Below, one piece after another: positions 38,443 through 52,111 of a stretch of DNA of 60,891 bases. Below the pieces are notes generated by a model. The model was not told the origin of the DNA and did not search any database. It saw only the letters and a list, made by a program, of their open reading frames with translations. Position 1 is the stretch's first letter. Each line of letters starts with the position of its first letter. The translations under genes were made by a program, and so were the position numbers. Location of the stretch: positions 75,015,694 through 75,076,584 of the forward strand of contig NC_068981.1 of NCBI RefSeq assembly GCF_001194135.2, in the 5' to 3' direction. The stretch comes from Octopus bimaculoides. Lineage: Eukaryota.

Positions 38443-38948
38443 GCATACGCATCTAATACATTCCTATTACATATGCTTAAATGCAAACACAATTGCAAAC
38501 CGAAGCTTAGGCATACGTGCAGCATATCTCTCTAGATGTTTATAAATGCACTTATATAGAAGCATAAGGAAAGGTAAGACATTTCTACAGAAATATAAAT
38601 GCAAACCTTTTCATGGATGGTTACACAAGGCAAGTAGCTTTATTTCTTTTAAATACTAAAAGCAGAAAAACGAAATAAAGCAATAATCCATCAAGTGATG
38701 AACTATTAATACAACGTTAAGTACATAAAATAGCTTTTATCTGAAGCACTCTAGTCTTCTCGGCTTCAAAGACCCATATGTACGCACTCAATAATAATAT
38801 ACACAATTATACACAAACATACGTCAGCGTAAATACAAAAGCTCTGATATAGATGTATGTGTATCCGATTGTAGTTGTGTAAGTGAATGTATTTATACAT
38901 ATGATATGCGTGTGTGTGTGCGTCAGAGAATGTGCGGATGTGCGAATG

Positions 38949-39050
38949 TGTGTGTTTCGCTCGTTGCATATTCAAATACAAAGGTGCACAACCAAAATTC
39001 TTTGGATATTGACCATTATCTATCTACCTACCTATCTATCTATCTATCTG

Positions 39051-39099
<49 letters not shown>

Positions 39100-39161
39100 T
39101 TCCCTGTTTATTTGTCTATCTATCGAAAGATAGATAGACAGACAGACAAATAGACAAGCAA

Positions 39162-39212
<51 letters not shown>

Positions 39213-39354
39213 TCGATAGATAGATAGACAGACAGAAAGACAGATACACAGACACATAGATAGATAGATTGATAGATAGATTAATAATGGTCACTATCCA
39301 AAGAATTTCGGTTACGCACCTTTGTACTTGAATATGAAACGAGCGAAACACACA
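38949..39354. repeat. Fold-back: 71-bp inverted arms (65/71 identical) enclosing (TCTA)n-(TA)n-(TAGA)n
   Basis: 38949-39019 aligned by hand to the reverse complement of 39284-39354 gives 6 mismatches; the enclosed microsatellites are mutually complementary. Confidence 0.92.
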
Positions 39355-39748
39355 TTGGCACATACGCTCGCGTACACACACACAGACAAACACACGTATA
39401 AATATATAGATATATAATATATACATTATCGGCCGCACTTCAATGCCCAGGGGACGACTCTTTCATTGTTAAAACACATGAAAGTGCGAGGTACCTAAAC
39501 TCCGATCCCATTCAGGAGTGAAAGATACCAGTAAATCGCTTTTACACTATCTATACATAACCAAAGAGTAACAATCTAGTTCGTCTCCGGTTCGATTCAC
39601 GCGCGTGAAGTTGATAAGTGACAAAATTGGTTAGGATTTTAGCAACCAGAGAATGGAAGGAGTCAACTCCCGGGCGAACCGGCGAGAAACCAAAGCACAT
39701 ACATTAAGGATCTGTGGTCGACAACACTAGCACTGCCTTTAATTCGTT

Positions 39749-39878
<130 letters not shown>

Positions 39879-39979
39879 TAGGTGTGTGTGTGTTTGTAGG
39901 TGTGTGTATGATTGTAGGTGTGTGTGTGTGTCTGTATGTGTTTGATTGCGTGTGTGTGTGTGTATGTATATATATAGGC

Positions 39980-41545
39980 ACCGAATAAAGTAAAATTTGG
40001 ACCTCAAAACTCCCTGGATTCTAAAAAACATTGGACCACAATGTCTTTGCAGTGCTAGTACTCATACTAACATTTGGGCTGCTTGAATTGACGGTTGATG
40101 AGATCCAAGCCATTGATGTGAAAACCCGAAAAATACTAACACGCTCACATAATTTCCACATAAACAGTGATGTAGACCGCCTCTACCTAAAACGAAAAAA
40201 GACGGAAGAGTTATAACATCGATCCAAAATACCTTTAATTGTCGCATCATATCATTTCGGCAACAGCTTTTAACCACCAAGTGTCGAAGTGCATCCCTTC
40301 CCCAAGTTTGCATACATGAAGCTGATAACATCATAAGACTTGGAAAGCAGCACCTTGAGCAACACTCTTTGCCCGATAACCTAGAATACATGCCCAAAGA
40401 AGTTGCACGACTCTACCGCAACATATCAGATGAAAGAGTGAGCTAATATGAGCAAAAGACTATGCATGAATATGTTAGTAGAAAGCTTCATGATGATAGT
40501 AACATCGATCATCAAAGCAGTTTGAAAGGTATGCGTTTGCAATCCAGAAAGAGGAAATATCAACCAAATATCTGATACCACAAAAGGGATAGAGATGCAG
40601 ATAAAATCGTAAAATGTGACAACCGATGCAGACTTTGTGGAGTTCTCACTGAAGATGTCAGCCACAACATAAGCAGTTGTCCAAAAATGTTATCGCGGTT
40701 TTATCTACCGATGAGACATGACGTTGTAGCTAGGACGCTCTAAAATGAAATCCGTCGGAACGATAATTCTGAGGACAAAGAAATAAGAACCCACTATATG
40801 GTAGAAGCCATAACCACTCATAATAGAAAGGAATACTGGTGGAATGTACCATTGAAGACCTCAATAAAATGTAAACACAACAGACCTGATATAATGATTT
40901 GAGACAGAGAAGAAAAACTGTGCACAGTTGCGGAAACTAGCTGCCCAGCGGATGTTAACATAAAGCTGAAGTATAGAGAAAAAGATAACACCTATGCTGA
41001 ACTATTGAGAAATCTGCAGTTAGTCTATCCAGATTACAAATAAAGGCTTATATCTTTAATTATCGGGGCCCTGGGATATGTAACACACTGTCTAAATACT
41101 AATCTTGAGCAAAACCAGAAAGGGGAAAGCTAATTCGAAGACTACAGATTCAACCATCACTGGAAGTGTAAAAATCTGTAAAACTTTCCAGATGTTTATC
41201 ATTTACATATATATGAGCGTGTCTAGATATGCAACTCTATGCATGAGAATACATACATACGTACACACATACATACATGCATACATACATACATACATAC
41301 ATACATACAAACATACAAACATACATGCATACGTACATACATACATACATACATAAAACGCATCCATAAAACAAGCATACAAATCTGCGCATACACTAAC
41401 ACCAAATACTGCACACATACACACATATGCACAAATACCTAGATGATGTTGATAAAAGTTCCAATGAAGGAGCCTTGAATCTATGTTAGAGTCCGGCTCT
41501 TTCTCTATTGACAAGAAATACAGAAATGAAACTGATTGATAACAT
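39980..41545 (+). mobile_element. R4/Dong-like non-LTR retrotransposon, 5' truncated, decayed
   Basis: DEIQAIDVKTRKIL..DVDRLYL; CCHC knuckle C(R)LCGVLTEDVSHNISSC; RHD; WWNVP..HNRPDI..CTVAETSCPADVN..EKDNTY (REL endonuclease); 3'UTR with an internal (TACA)n. Confidence 0.9.
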
Positions 41546-41599
41546 ACATACACGAAGGTTGTCAACTCGTAGACAAATATGAACATAACTCATAAATTA

Positions 41600-42730
41600 T
41601 CCCGTCCTAGATGTTAAGGACAATGACTGGCAGTAACCCGAGCTGAAATTTGCAGTGGGTAATAGATTGCACAGCAACTCGAAAGCTGTCACCTACAAAG
41701 AAAAATTTTCCAGCAACAAACAAGAGGAGGGTCTCTGCCTTCGCAATGAGGTAGGTGGTATTTCCGAACGTTGTTCTTCTCGAGAGATGTCTAAAGATTA
41801 TTGGTCTCTTAACTCAGTTGTTGAATGTTCGTCGATCCTATTGAGTTCGTAGGGTTTCCCACAACACAACTTTACCTACTGTGATCGAGGGGCGTGAGGC
41901 AGACTACGCGACCTGGATTCAGCTTGACCCGTGTCCTACTGACGTCATTTCCCTATCCCCTCTGTGGACGTCCAGCCCCTTTCAAAAGAAATGAGATGGC
42001 ATCGAATGTAGCATGATCTCAGACGAGTTAATGCGCCGTCATGACCAGTACTGTCCGGCATGTTTCTGCTCAAGCGTTGAGGCTTACATCAAAACCTGCC
42101 TCAATGTGCTGCCATCAACCGCAACTAGCATTCAGCTTGAAAGCAACTGTCTGCGGATCGGTGTTTCCCTCAAGGTTTGCCTCCAGGTTCGTGATCTCCA
42201 CAAATGCCGCTAAGGACCTACTGTGAATTCTTTTGGATCCACCCAACGTCATGCCATTATAGTGCTGGCTGGCTATGACGCCGTTAACGAAATCATAAAG
42301 CATGGCCTGGATGCGGCAGATTTCCCTTCCCAGGTCGAGGGTTAGATGGAAGGGACGATAAAAGGCCTCCTGGTATGACAAATTTCCCGTTCAGTGACGG
42401 TAGGCCCATTATCTGGGATGACTCATGCTGTGACGCCTTCACCAACGATAATTTGGTGTCTTCAGCTGCCAGCCCAGGCACCGCTGCTTGTCAAACTGAG
42501 AAAAGCAAACTGTCATGGTATCAGTCGCTCTCTGGCAGGTTTATGATCGGGCTTCTGGCGTTCTTGGCCTCTGGTCCACAAATCTGCTCACCGCTATTGC
42601 AGTAGTGATGGCTGTCCACAAGTACGAACTCCGTGACTGTTCCAGTGCATCGCTCTCCCCATCCTCTGGGGCAACGCCTTTTCCATTTTGGTTGATGGGA
42701 CCACGAGACGGTCTGAATTACAAGAAATCG
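41600..42730 (+). mobile_element. CRE-clade non-LTR retrotransposon 3' fragment (REL endonuclease), decayed
   Basis: LNVLP..G/SIQL..CLRIGVSL; VNEIIKHGLDAADFPSQ; D.KRP.GMTNFPFSDGRPIIWD.SCCD; AACQTEKSK; ASGVLG. This is the CRE-type RPDG/WD endonuclease pattern, with frameshifts. Confidence 0.8.
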
Positions 42731-43001
42731 AGAAAATGTAAAAAATTCGTAGCTTACAATATCTTACCAAGACACAAAACAATATTATCACTTCTACCAC
42801 ACTATTCTGCGGTCTTTGACAGGTAATGAATTTAGTCCTGAATGTATCCGGCAAGAACTACTATCTTTAGGAAGCAGGGATAGTAGGAATGCCGGTTCAG
42901 TCGCCGACTAACCGAGCATGCGGCAGGTTGTACCGGGTTACCTGTTACCGGTAGCACGAAAAGTAGTTTGGCATATATACATGTTTACAAATACGCACGC
43001 G

Positions 43002-43110
<109 letters not shown>

Positions 43111-43605
43111 GAACACATACATGTAGACACACATATAATCTTCATTGTACTAAACAAAGAAGAAAAAAGAATATAAGCATATTTATTCTGAAGTAATCAA
43201 CTAACCATGTAGCAATCCGCCAAGGGACTCAAATGTTTCTCCCGCCGACCAACAATACATAAAAAAAACTGCTTAAACCCTTATCTAACTCATAATATTG
43301 TTTTTTGTGCTAACTTAAATTTTGCTTTTCTTATTTACGCTGTGTTGTGCATAAAAAAACGGATATTGTACACTCCCTTACACATGCACATATACACACA
43401 CATACACACAAATACATATACGTACACTTATATACTCATACAGTGTCAAACATACTATGTCACAAATGGTAGGTTTCTGAAACTAAGGCATTTCCTGTTT
43501 TGGTGCAGTTGCAACCATGAACATGAACTGCCTGCTTTTTGCCTGTGGTTTAAAAAGTAATCGTTCCGTTCACCAATAATTTCTGTGCTAACGTGTATTC
43601 TTTTG

Positions 43606-43828
43606 TTTTCTTTTACTTCTTTCAGTCATTTGACTGCGGCCATGCTGGAGGACCGCCGTTATTCGAACTAATCGACCCCAAGACTTATTCCTTCTCAGCC
43701 TAGTAATTATTGTATCGTTCTCTTTTACTCAACCGCTATGTTACGCGGACGTAAACACACCAACATCGGTTGTCAAACGACGGTGGGAGGAGAAACACAG
43801 ACTCACAAACATACACCCCCCCACACAC

Positions 43829-43870
<42 letters not shown>
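43606..43870 (-). mobile_element. SINE family A 3' half running into (CA)n and a gap
   Basis: TTTCAGTCATTTGACTGCGGCCATGCTGGAG..., as at 1381 and 7420. Confidence 0.9.
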
Positions 43871-44431
43871 NNNNNNNNNNNNNNNNNNNNNNNNNNNNNN
43901 NNNNNNNNNNNNNNNNNNNNNNNNNNNNNNNNNNNNNNNNNNNNNNNNNNNNNNNNNNNNNNNNNNNNNNNNNNNNNNNNNNNNNNNNNNNNNNNNNNNN
44001 NNNNNNNNNNNNNNNNNNNNNNNNNNNNNNNNNNNNNNNNNNNNNNNNNNNNNNNNNNNNNNNNNNNNNNNNNNNNNNNNNNNNNNNNNNNNNNNNNNNN
44101 NNNNNNNNNNNNNNNNNNNNNNNNNNNNNNNNNNNNNNNNNNNNNNNNNNNNNNNNNNNNNNNNNNNNNNNNNNNNNNNNNNNNNNNNNNNNNNNNNNNN
44201 NNNNNNNNNNNNNNNNNNNNNNNNNNNNNNNNNNNNNNNNNNNNNNNNNNNNNNNNNNNNNNNNNNNNNNNNNNNNNNNNNNNNNNNNNNNNNNNNNNNN
44301 NNNNNNNNNNNNNNNNNNNNNNNNNNNNNNNNNNNNNNNNNNNNNNNNNNNNNNNNNNNNNNNNNNNNNNNNNNNNNNNNNNNNNNNNNNNNNNNNNNNN
44401 NNNNNNNNNNNNNNNNNNNNNNNNNNNNNNN

Positions 44432-44475
<44 letters not shown>

Positions 44476-46081
44476 CACGATTTATTCGTGATCAGAGATG
44501 TTCGAAAATGGAGGTACTTCTGTAGTTACTTGATTATTCTTATGAAGTACAAATATATTCAATTGCCTAATTATAAGGCGTATTTTACCGTTGATAGTTA
44601 ATGAGAATTATATTACAGCCGACAAATAAAAGTCTACTAGGACAGCTGATTACCAACAACCTCCAAATATCCCTGAAAATATAGACTCCTGGCTCTATTG
44701 TAAAATGTCATTGTATTATCGTGTTTACGATACATGATAGCTGAGAAAATACAAAATATTTTTATTGCTAGAATTTTGTTGACCATAGATCTTCTTAAGT
44801 AGGGCCAATCAGAAACTAAGCAATAACAGTTAGCAACAGCAACGACAACAACAACAACAGCAACTGCAACAACAGCAATGTATATTAAATAACCGGGAAT
44901 TGAACATAGTGGTAACTGGCCACTTTTTTGTAGTAAAGAAATTTCTGGTTAACACGAATCTTCATATATCATATCTGGCTACATAACTTCATGTAGCCCG
45001 TTGTAAATTATATTTATAGAGAAATAATTACACATATTTTATGACTCGAAGAGCAATAATTTTCAATGCCAAAGAAAACCACGTTGCTTGTAACACATGA
45101 CACACCTCCTAAATAGTGAAAGTGCAGAGATGTCAGTAAAAAATACAAGTAATGATGCGCACCACTGACATTCAAAAGTTCACAAAAACTACCGAGAGAT
45201 AATGCATTGATGACACAAGAGTTCACACTGTGAATGTAGAATCACCTTTAAGAATTCCTAACTACCATACATCTTTGATTTTTAAATACTTTTTTGTAAC
45301 ATCTAATATACGAATTGCTGGTTCTGCCCATGTCAAGTCAGAAATTTGTAAACAACATTACATTCATATATATATATATGTTATCTATTTTATATATATA
45401 TATANNNNNNNNNNNNNNNNNNNNNNNNNNNNNNNNNNNNNNNNNNNNNNNNNNNNNNNNNNNNNNNNNNNNNNNNNNNNNNNNNNNNNNNNNNNNNNNN
45501 NNNNNNNNNNNNNNNNNNNNNNNNNNNNNNNNNNNNNNNNNNNNNNNNNNNNNNNNNNNNNNNNNNNNNNNNNNNNNNNNNNNNNNNNNNNNNNNNNNNN
45601 NNNNNNNNNNNNNNNNNNNNNNNNNNNNNNNNNNNNNNNNNNNNNNNNNNNNNNNNNNNNNNNNNNNNNNNNNNNNNNNNNNNNNNNNNNNNNNNNNNNN
45701 NNNNNNNNNNNNNNNNNNNNNNNNNNNNNNNNNNNNNNNNNNNNNNNNNNNNNNNNNNNNNNNNNNNNNNNNNNNNNNNNNNNNNNNNNNNNNNNNNNNN
45801 NNNNNNNNNNNNNNNNNNNNNNNNNNNNNNNNNNNNNNNNNNNNNNNNNNNNNNNNNNNNNNNNNNNNNNNNNNNNNNNNNNNNNNNNNNNNNNNNNNNN
45901 NNNNNNNNNNNNNNNNNNNNNNNNNNNNNNNNNNNNNNNNNNNNNNNNNNNNNNNNNNNNNNNNNNNNNNNNNNNNNNNNNNNNNNNNNNNNNNNNNNNN
46001 NNNNNNNNNNNNNNNNNNNNNNNNNNNNNNNNNNNNNNNNNNNNNNNNNNNNNNNNNNNNNNNNNNNNNACATACATATAT

Positions 46082-46128
<47 letters not shown>

Positions 46129-47577
46129 TATATATATATGCATGTATGTATATATGTACGTATCTCTCTCTCTCTCTACGTCTGTCTCTCTAAACAGATA
46201 TTATAAGAGATAATGGAATTATGTTAGCGACCAGGTTTGTGGCCATATACATACATATATACATATATACATGCACACACACGCACGCACACACACACAG
46301 ACTTACACACAGAGGTATATAAGTAAATGTATAAATATGCATGTATATATACATACATATATACATACATGCTTACATATTTACGCGCGTACATACATAC
46401 ATATATATATATATATATTCATACATATCTATATAATTTACATATATATGTACATGTGTGTATATATATATGCGTGTTTTTATTCTCTTCGTCATTTTCT
46501 TTCGGCTATTGTTGGCGTGACCTTTCAAATGAAGACCGAAGTCGACATGGCGTCATTACTGCTTTCAAAGTTTCCAATTTAGCACGCATGTGCGTATCTA
46601 ATATCATGTTGCTCATTTCCGACGACAACTATTAAACTAGTCTTGCTGTCAGTTGGATTTGGTGCAAACCACGGTTTAAGCATTTTTAGCGATGATTTTC
46701 TTCTCATGTTTCCTTTGGGGGTGATATGGAAAAATGTCCTATGTTCAACTTGAGGACGAAGGGAAAAATATAAATATCAATTGACAGAGAGGAAGAAGAA
46801 CAGCAACAACATTTATGTTAAGTAAGTGAATACCACCACGTCGTGTTAAATTGTATTTGTACTTAGTCTTCATCATTGTAACGTATCTATTTGAACATCC
46901 CTCGTGTGTTTTTGCGTAAAATTGTTTGTGTACACCCTTTATCATTTCAATAAGTCTCAATTCTTTTAGTACTGTAAGGCACTTTTATATGTAATATTTT
47001 TCGTTTCACTTTGTTGTCTTACATCTAGTATTCTGTTGGCTGTTGGAAAAGTTTTGAGCAAAAATCGACAAAGCTTTCGACTTAGCTTTATCAAATGCAT
47101 CACTGCGTTTTGAGTTCAGTTGCTGTTAAGACTGAGCATAATGTCTAAATACAAAACAAATAATTGCTTAGTCATAACAATATATAAATGCCGCTCCTTA
47201 TAAAATTGGTCTTATACCAAATAAAGTAGAATTATCAATGGTGCTTGAAATATATTAACTGTATTGCTATGTGGTAGTTGTACGTTTTCAAATACATAAT
47301 ATATAATTTTCCGCCCATCTATCACAACGTGAAAAGCATCATAATAGTAATAAGCATCTAGGTGATTGAATAGATCTTATTAATACTTAACAATGTAGAA
47401 CCTCCTGGAAATTTATATAAAGTTAAGCAAAGCTTATAAGAAATCTAACCGTGTAATAGCAAATATCATACGAATAAAAATACCATCCAGCGGCACGCAT
47501 ACATATCCGTACTCCATGGTCTAATTATTGCTAACGCAGATCACTATCATTTCCATGCTTTCAGTTTTAATATTAAG

Positions 47578-47670
<93 letters not shown>

Positions 47671-48213
47671 GTTCAGTAGTTTTATTTTTATAACGTGCTT
47701 TCACTTCACTACCGAGCGCAGCTCTGTGCGCCTTGGGTATGTGCTGTGGTTTGCTGTGGTGCTCTTATGTTTACTGTATTGAAAGTGTTTTGCGTAGAAT
47801 GTGTGCAGTACCCANNNNNNNNNNNNNNNNNNNNNNNNNNNNNNNNNNNNNNNNNNNNNNNNNNNNNNNNNNNNNNNNNNNNNNNNNNNNNNNNNNNNNN
47901 NNNNNNNNNNNNNNNNNNNNNNNNNNNNNNNNNNNNNNNNNNNNNNNNNNNNNNNNNNNNNNNNNNNNNNNNNNNNNNNNNNNNNNNNNNNNNNNNNNNN
48001 NNNTTTTAGATTCCACATTCGAGTTATCTCTATTTCCAGGTCTTTGTATTTTGAAAGTTTTTCCATTTCTTTTAGAGAAACGTTGTCACCTGCTGGTATT
48101 GATACATCAATTAGAAAGCATTTTTTTTCTTCATGATCTTTGACAACTATATCTGGCCTATTTGCCTTAATTTCTCTATCTGTGTGTATTGGCATATCCC
48201 AGAGTATGGTTGC

Positions 48214-48216
<3 letters not shown>
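47671..48216 (-). mobile_element. Younger 5'-truncated R4/Dong-like LINE flanked on both sides by (TAA)n
   Basis: Open frame KATILWDMPIHTDREIKANRPDIVVKDHEEKKCFLIDVSIP..KEMEKLSKYKDLEIEITRMWNLK; (ATT)31 at 47578-47670 and (ATT)23 at 48217-48285. Confidence 0.92.
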
Positions 48217-48285
<69 letters not shown>

Positions 48286-50105
48286 TTATTTATCACAGGT
48301 TTTGTTGGAGCTCCTGGAGTTTTACATGCGTAGCGCGCTTGCTACCTGCGGCCTACGGTACCTTGCTATCCATTCTTTTTAGCTATCTGATACTTTCCAG
48401 ATTATTTTAGCCGTGCCAAGGAGGCAAACATTTTGTAACAGTTCTACTGGGCACTCTATTCCAGTTTCCTTTATATTCCCCATGATGCCTTCTGATACTG
48501 TTCCCCAAAATGCAACAATAATTGGCACTATCTTCATTTTCTCTTCATTTTCCATAGCCGGGCTATTTCGTATTTAAGAGGACTGTATTTATCTATGTTT
48601 TCGTCTTCCTTCTTGACTATTCGTGGGTCAAAGGGGCATGCAACCAACATATGTGGTGCACCTTGTCCACTACCACTAGGACATGTTTGTTATGCTCTAG
48701 CATCTGATCTGTTTGGATTGGAAAATCCTAGAGGATTTTAATAATCTCCGACTACGCCACTCTCTGCCGTTTGTACTTATACCACATCTTGCCTCTCTCT
48801 GTAGCCCCCCTCTTTTCGCACAGGTTACCATGTAGCACTTTCGCTACTTGATCGTGTCGTCACAACTTGTAGTGTTTTTCGGTAAGGCAAGTCTTATGCA
48901 TTCATTCGTGATATGGGCAATGGTTTCATCCACTCGATTGCCGATGCGGCACAGGAGAGACACTTGCTTCTTCCTAAGGTTGACCCTCCAATTCGTAGCC
49001 AAAGCTAGATCTCTTTTTCTAGTGTTCTTTTCATCACCCAGTCCCACCTACTTTTTCAAGCAACTTCTGTTGTGGCTATATGGAATTGGTTGTGTAGTCC
49101 CTTCTTGTGTAATTCTTCTTCATGTCATTTTTATACTTCTTCCTTTGTTTTCCCTTTTTTCAATGCTTTCAATACTCTATGCTTTCAATACTCTCTATGC
49201 TTTCAATACTCTCTATGCGTTCAATATTCTCTCGTTCCTAGCAAGGTTTCCTAACTCTGGCTAGATGTCTCATTAAGCTCTCCTGTTCGATACGCACGTA
49301 GTCTTCCACACTTAACAGTCCTCTGCCTCCATTTGTTCTCTTCGTGTGTAGGCGATCAGTGTCTGCATATGTATGATGGGTTCCATGCATCATTAGGGGA
49401 TTTCTTGACTTCCTGTCCGTGTCCTTTAGCTCGTTGAAATAGAATGTGATATTTTTCTGCTTTCATCTTTGCATACAAGCCGCAGCGTCCAATTCTCTGT
49501 ACTAGATAAGTACATGTTCATTACTATTGTGGAAGTCTTATAGCACAGTCCTAACTGCATCATTCCTCTTCCTCAATTACTTGTAGGTAGGTACAGGTGA
49601 TCAACGTCTACTTTTGAGTAGTGCCTGTTCTTAGATGTTAGTAGTTTTCTTATCTTCCTGTCCAGGCATTGGAACTCTGTAAGATTCTAGTTAATGATGT
49701 TAAAACTATATTGGACTACTGAAAGTGCCAGGGTGTTAATGTCTTCGATGCGAATTTTAGAGTTGAGTTCAGTGTTTAGTATGAGTCTTACTCTCCTGTA
49801 ATATTCCTTTTTTATTTATTTCTTCACAGTAGCATGTTGTATAACATCTTCATTTATCACTAGGTATCTGTAATTTTCTTGTGGGTCAAGTTCCTTGATG
49901 GTAAATTCGGTATTTAATTTAATGGGAGCTGCTTGCCTGAACTTGCCTGTTACAAAAGCTGCTTTAGCAGACTTATCAAAGCCAGAATCCAACCAGTTGC
50001 AATTGCTGAACCCTTTAATAATTGTTAAAAGCCCTACTACCTCTTCATCATTTCTAGTAAACAGTTTCAGATCGTCCGTATAAAACACATTGTTTATACA
50101 CAAGA
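48286..50105 (-). mobile_element. Older R4/Dong-like LINE (second family), 5' truncated at the RT catalytic motif
   Basis: FYTDDLKLF; DVDHLYLP; CRIGNRVDETIAHI; VELLQNVCLLGTAKIIWKV*; its own 3'UTR ends in (TAA)n. Confidence 0.9.
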
Positions 50106-50234
50106 GTAATGAGGAGTGGAAGTCACCTCATTTGAATATGATGTTAGGTTGGCTCCTCCCATTACTATGGTTTAGAAGGAGACGAGTCTTCTTATTAATC
50201 ATCATCATCATCATCATCATCTTCTTCTTCTTCT

Positions 50235-50390
50235 TCTTCTTGTGGTTTGGCTCAGATTCGGTCTTATTCCTGGTAGGATTGCAGGTAGCGGGTTACTAAC
50301 TTTAGAAACCCCCCGATGATCCTTGCTGCCCCTAAGAGACAAACTTTCTGTAGGAGCTCTACCGGGTATTTTAACTTTCATCATCATGCC
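50235..50390 (-). mobile_element. Third R4/Dong-like 3' end fragment
   Basis: IPVELLQKVCLLGAARII, followed by a (GAA)n(GAT)n run. Confidence 0.75.
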
Positions 50391-51679
50391 CTTGTGGCAA
50401 ATAAATGAAATCATTATCATTATTATTATTATCGTCATCATTAATAATATTAATACGCCAATTTCTTTGTACGTACCTGATGCGTGTGTCATGCTTAAGA
50501 AATTTTGTTGCTTAAATAAAAAAGCATACCTAGAACTCTTGTAAGAGATTTGAAACCACCACCTATAAATTACTTTTCAACGACCATGCTTACTGGGCCA
50601 CCAACGTATCATTAAAATTTGTTAGAAAATTAAGATACTTAAATTTGAGGCATGGATCGAGCAAGGGAGAGAGGAAGTTCTAGGTCTTCTACCCATTTGA
50701 ATTCGGCCATACACCAAATAACAAGTTAAGTCTTATATTCGGAAATTAAAATTTTGAATTTGTTTTAATTATAAAATTGCACCTCAGTTTAAAAGTGTCT
50801 TTTGGCTTTCGGATACAACCTTTTCTTCCTTTTTTTAAATTTACAGTTTCTTGGTTTGGTTGGGACTTTTCCAATTTCTTTTTTCTTGTATCAAGTAATG
50901 GACGAAAGCACTTAAAAAAAAATTAAATTCATAGAGCCGAACAAAATCAAAAATATTAATTCTGTTTTTTCCCTTTCCCTTAATACTAACAAGAGCATAG
51001 TTTGGGAGAGATCTGGCTGTTATTTCTAGGAAGTTGAACAACCACATAGAGTTGTTCAATTGGCTCATTTGTTGATGTGTATCAGTAAGCAAAAGCTAAA
51101 AGACACAGACACATATGAATGTATGTGTGTTTGTGTGTGTGTATGTTTGTGCGTGCGATAAGCGTCGCGTGGTGGAAATAAACGCAACTTTCTCTTTCTA
51201 TATTTTTTGTTCAATTAGAATTTGTCAGTTTTGCTCAGGATTTTTCCAATTTCTTTTTTCTTGTATCAAGTAATGGACGAAAGCACTTAAAAAAAAATTA
51301 AANNNNNNNNNNNNNNNNNNNNNNNNNNNNNNNNNNNNNNNNNNNNNNNNNNNNNNNNNNNNNNNNNNNNNNNNNNNNNNNNNNNNNNNNNNNNNNNNNN
51401 NNNNNNNNNNNNNNNNNNNNNNNNNNNNNNNNNNNNNNNNNNNNNNNNNNNNNNNNNNNNNNNNNNNNNNNNNNNNNNNNNNNNNNNNNNNNNNNNNNNN
51501 NNNNNNNNNNNNNNNNNNNNNNNNNNNNNNNNNNNNNNNNNNNNNNNNNNNNNNNNNNNNNNNNNNNNNNNNNNNNNNNNNNNNNNNNNNNNNNNNNNNN
51601 NNNNNNNNNNNNNNNNNNNNNNNNNNNNNNNNNNNNNNNNNNNNNNNNNNNNNNNNNNNNNNNNNNNNNNNNNNNNNNN

Positions 51680-51935
51680 ATATATATATATATATACATA
51701 GATATATATGTGTATGTATTTATGTGTGTGTGTGTGGTTGTGTCTGTGTTTGTCCCCCCACCATTGCTTGACAACCTATGTTGGTATGTTTGCGTCTCTG
51801 TAACTTAGCTGTTCAGCTGAAGAGACTGATAGAATACGCACCAGGCTTACAGGGAATAAGTCCAGGGGGCAATTGCTTCGACTAAAGGGTGGTGCTCCAG
51901 CATGGCCACCGTCAAATGACTGAAGCGAGTAAAAG
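51680..51935 (+). mobile_element. SINE family A 3' half
   Basis: ...GGTGCTCCAGCATGGCCACCGTCAAATGACTGAAGCGAGTAAAAGAATAAAG. Confidence 0.88.
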
Positions 51936-52111
51936 AATAAAGGAATACGAGAAAAACGTTCCGTACCACTAAACCAAGAGGTTTCTCTGAATATGTACGA
52001 TGTATTTTAAGGCTAAATAGTAATTCTGTTTAAGTTTGTGTAACTGAAATATTTTGGTTGGATTATATAGTTATTAGTTTTATACTTCTTTCTATATTCT
52101 GTCGCAATATA

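Noticed and set aside
50867-51302. ~60-bp exact repeat ending at a gap edge
   Set aside because: The second copy terminates at the N run; cannot be distinguished from a gap-filling artefact.
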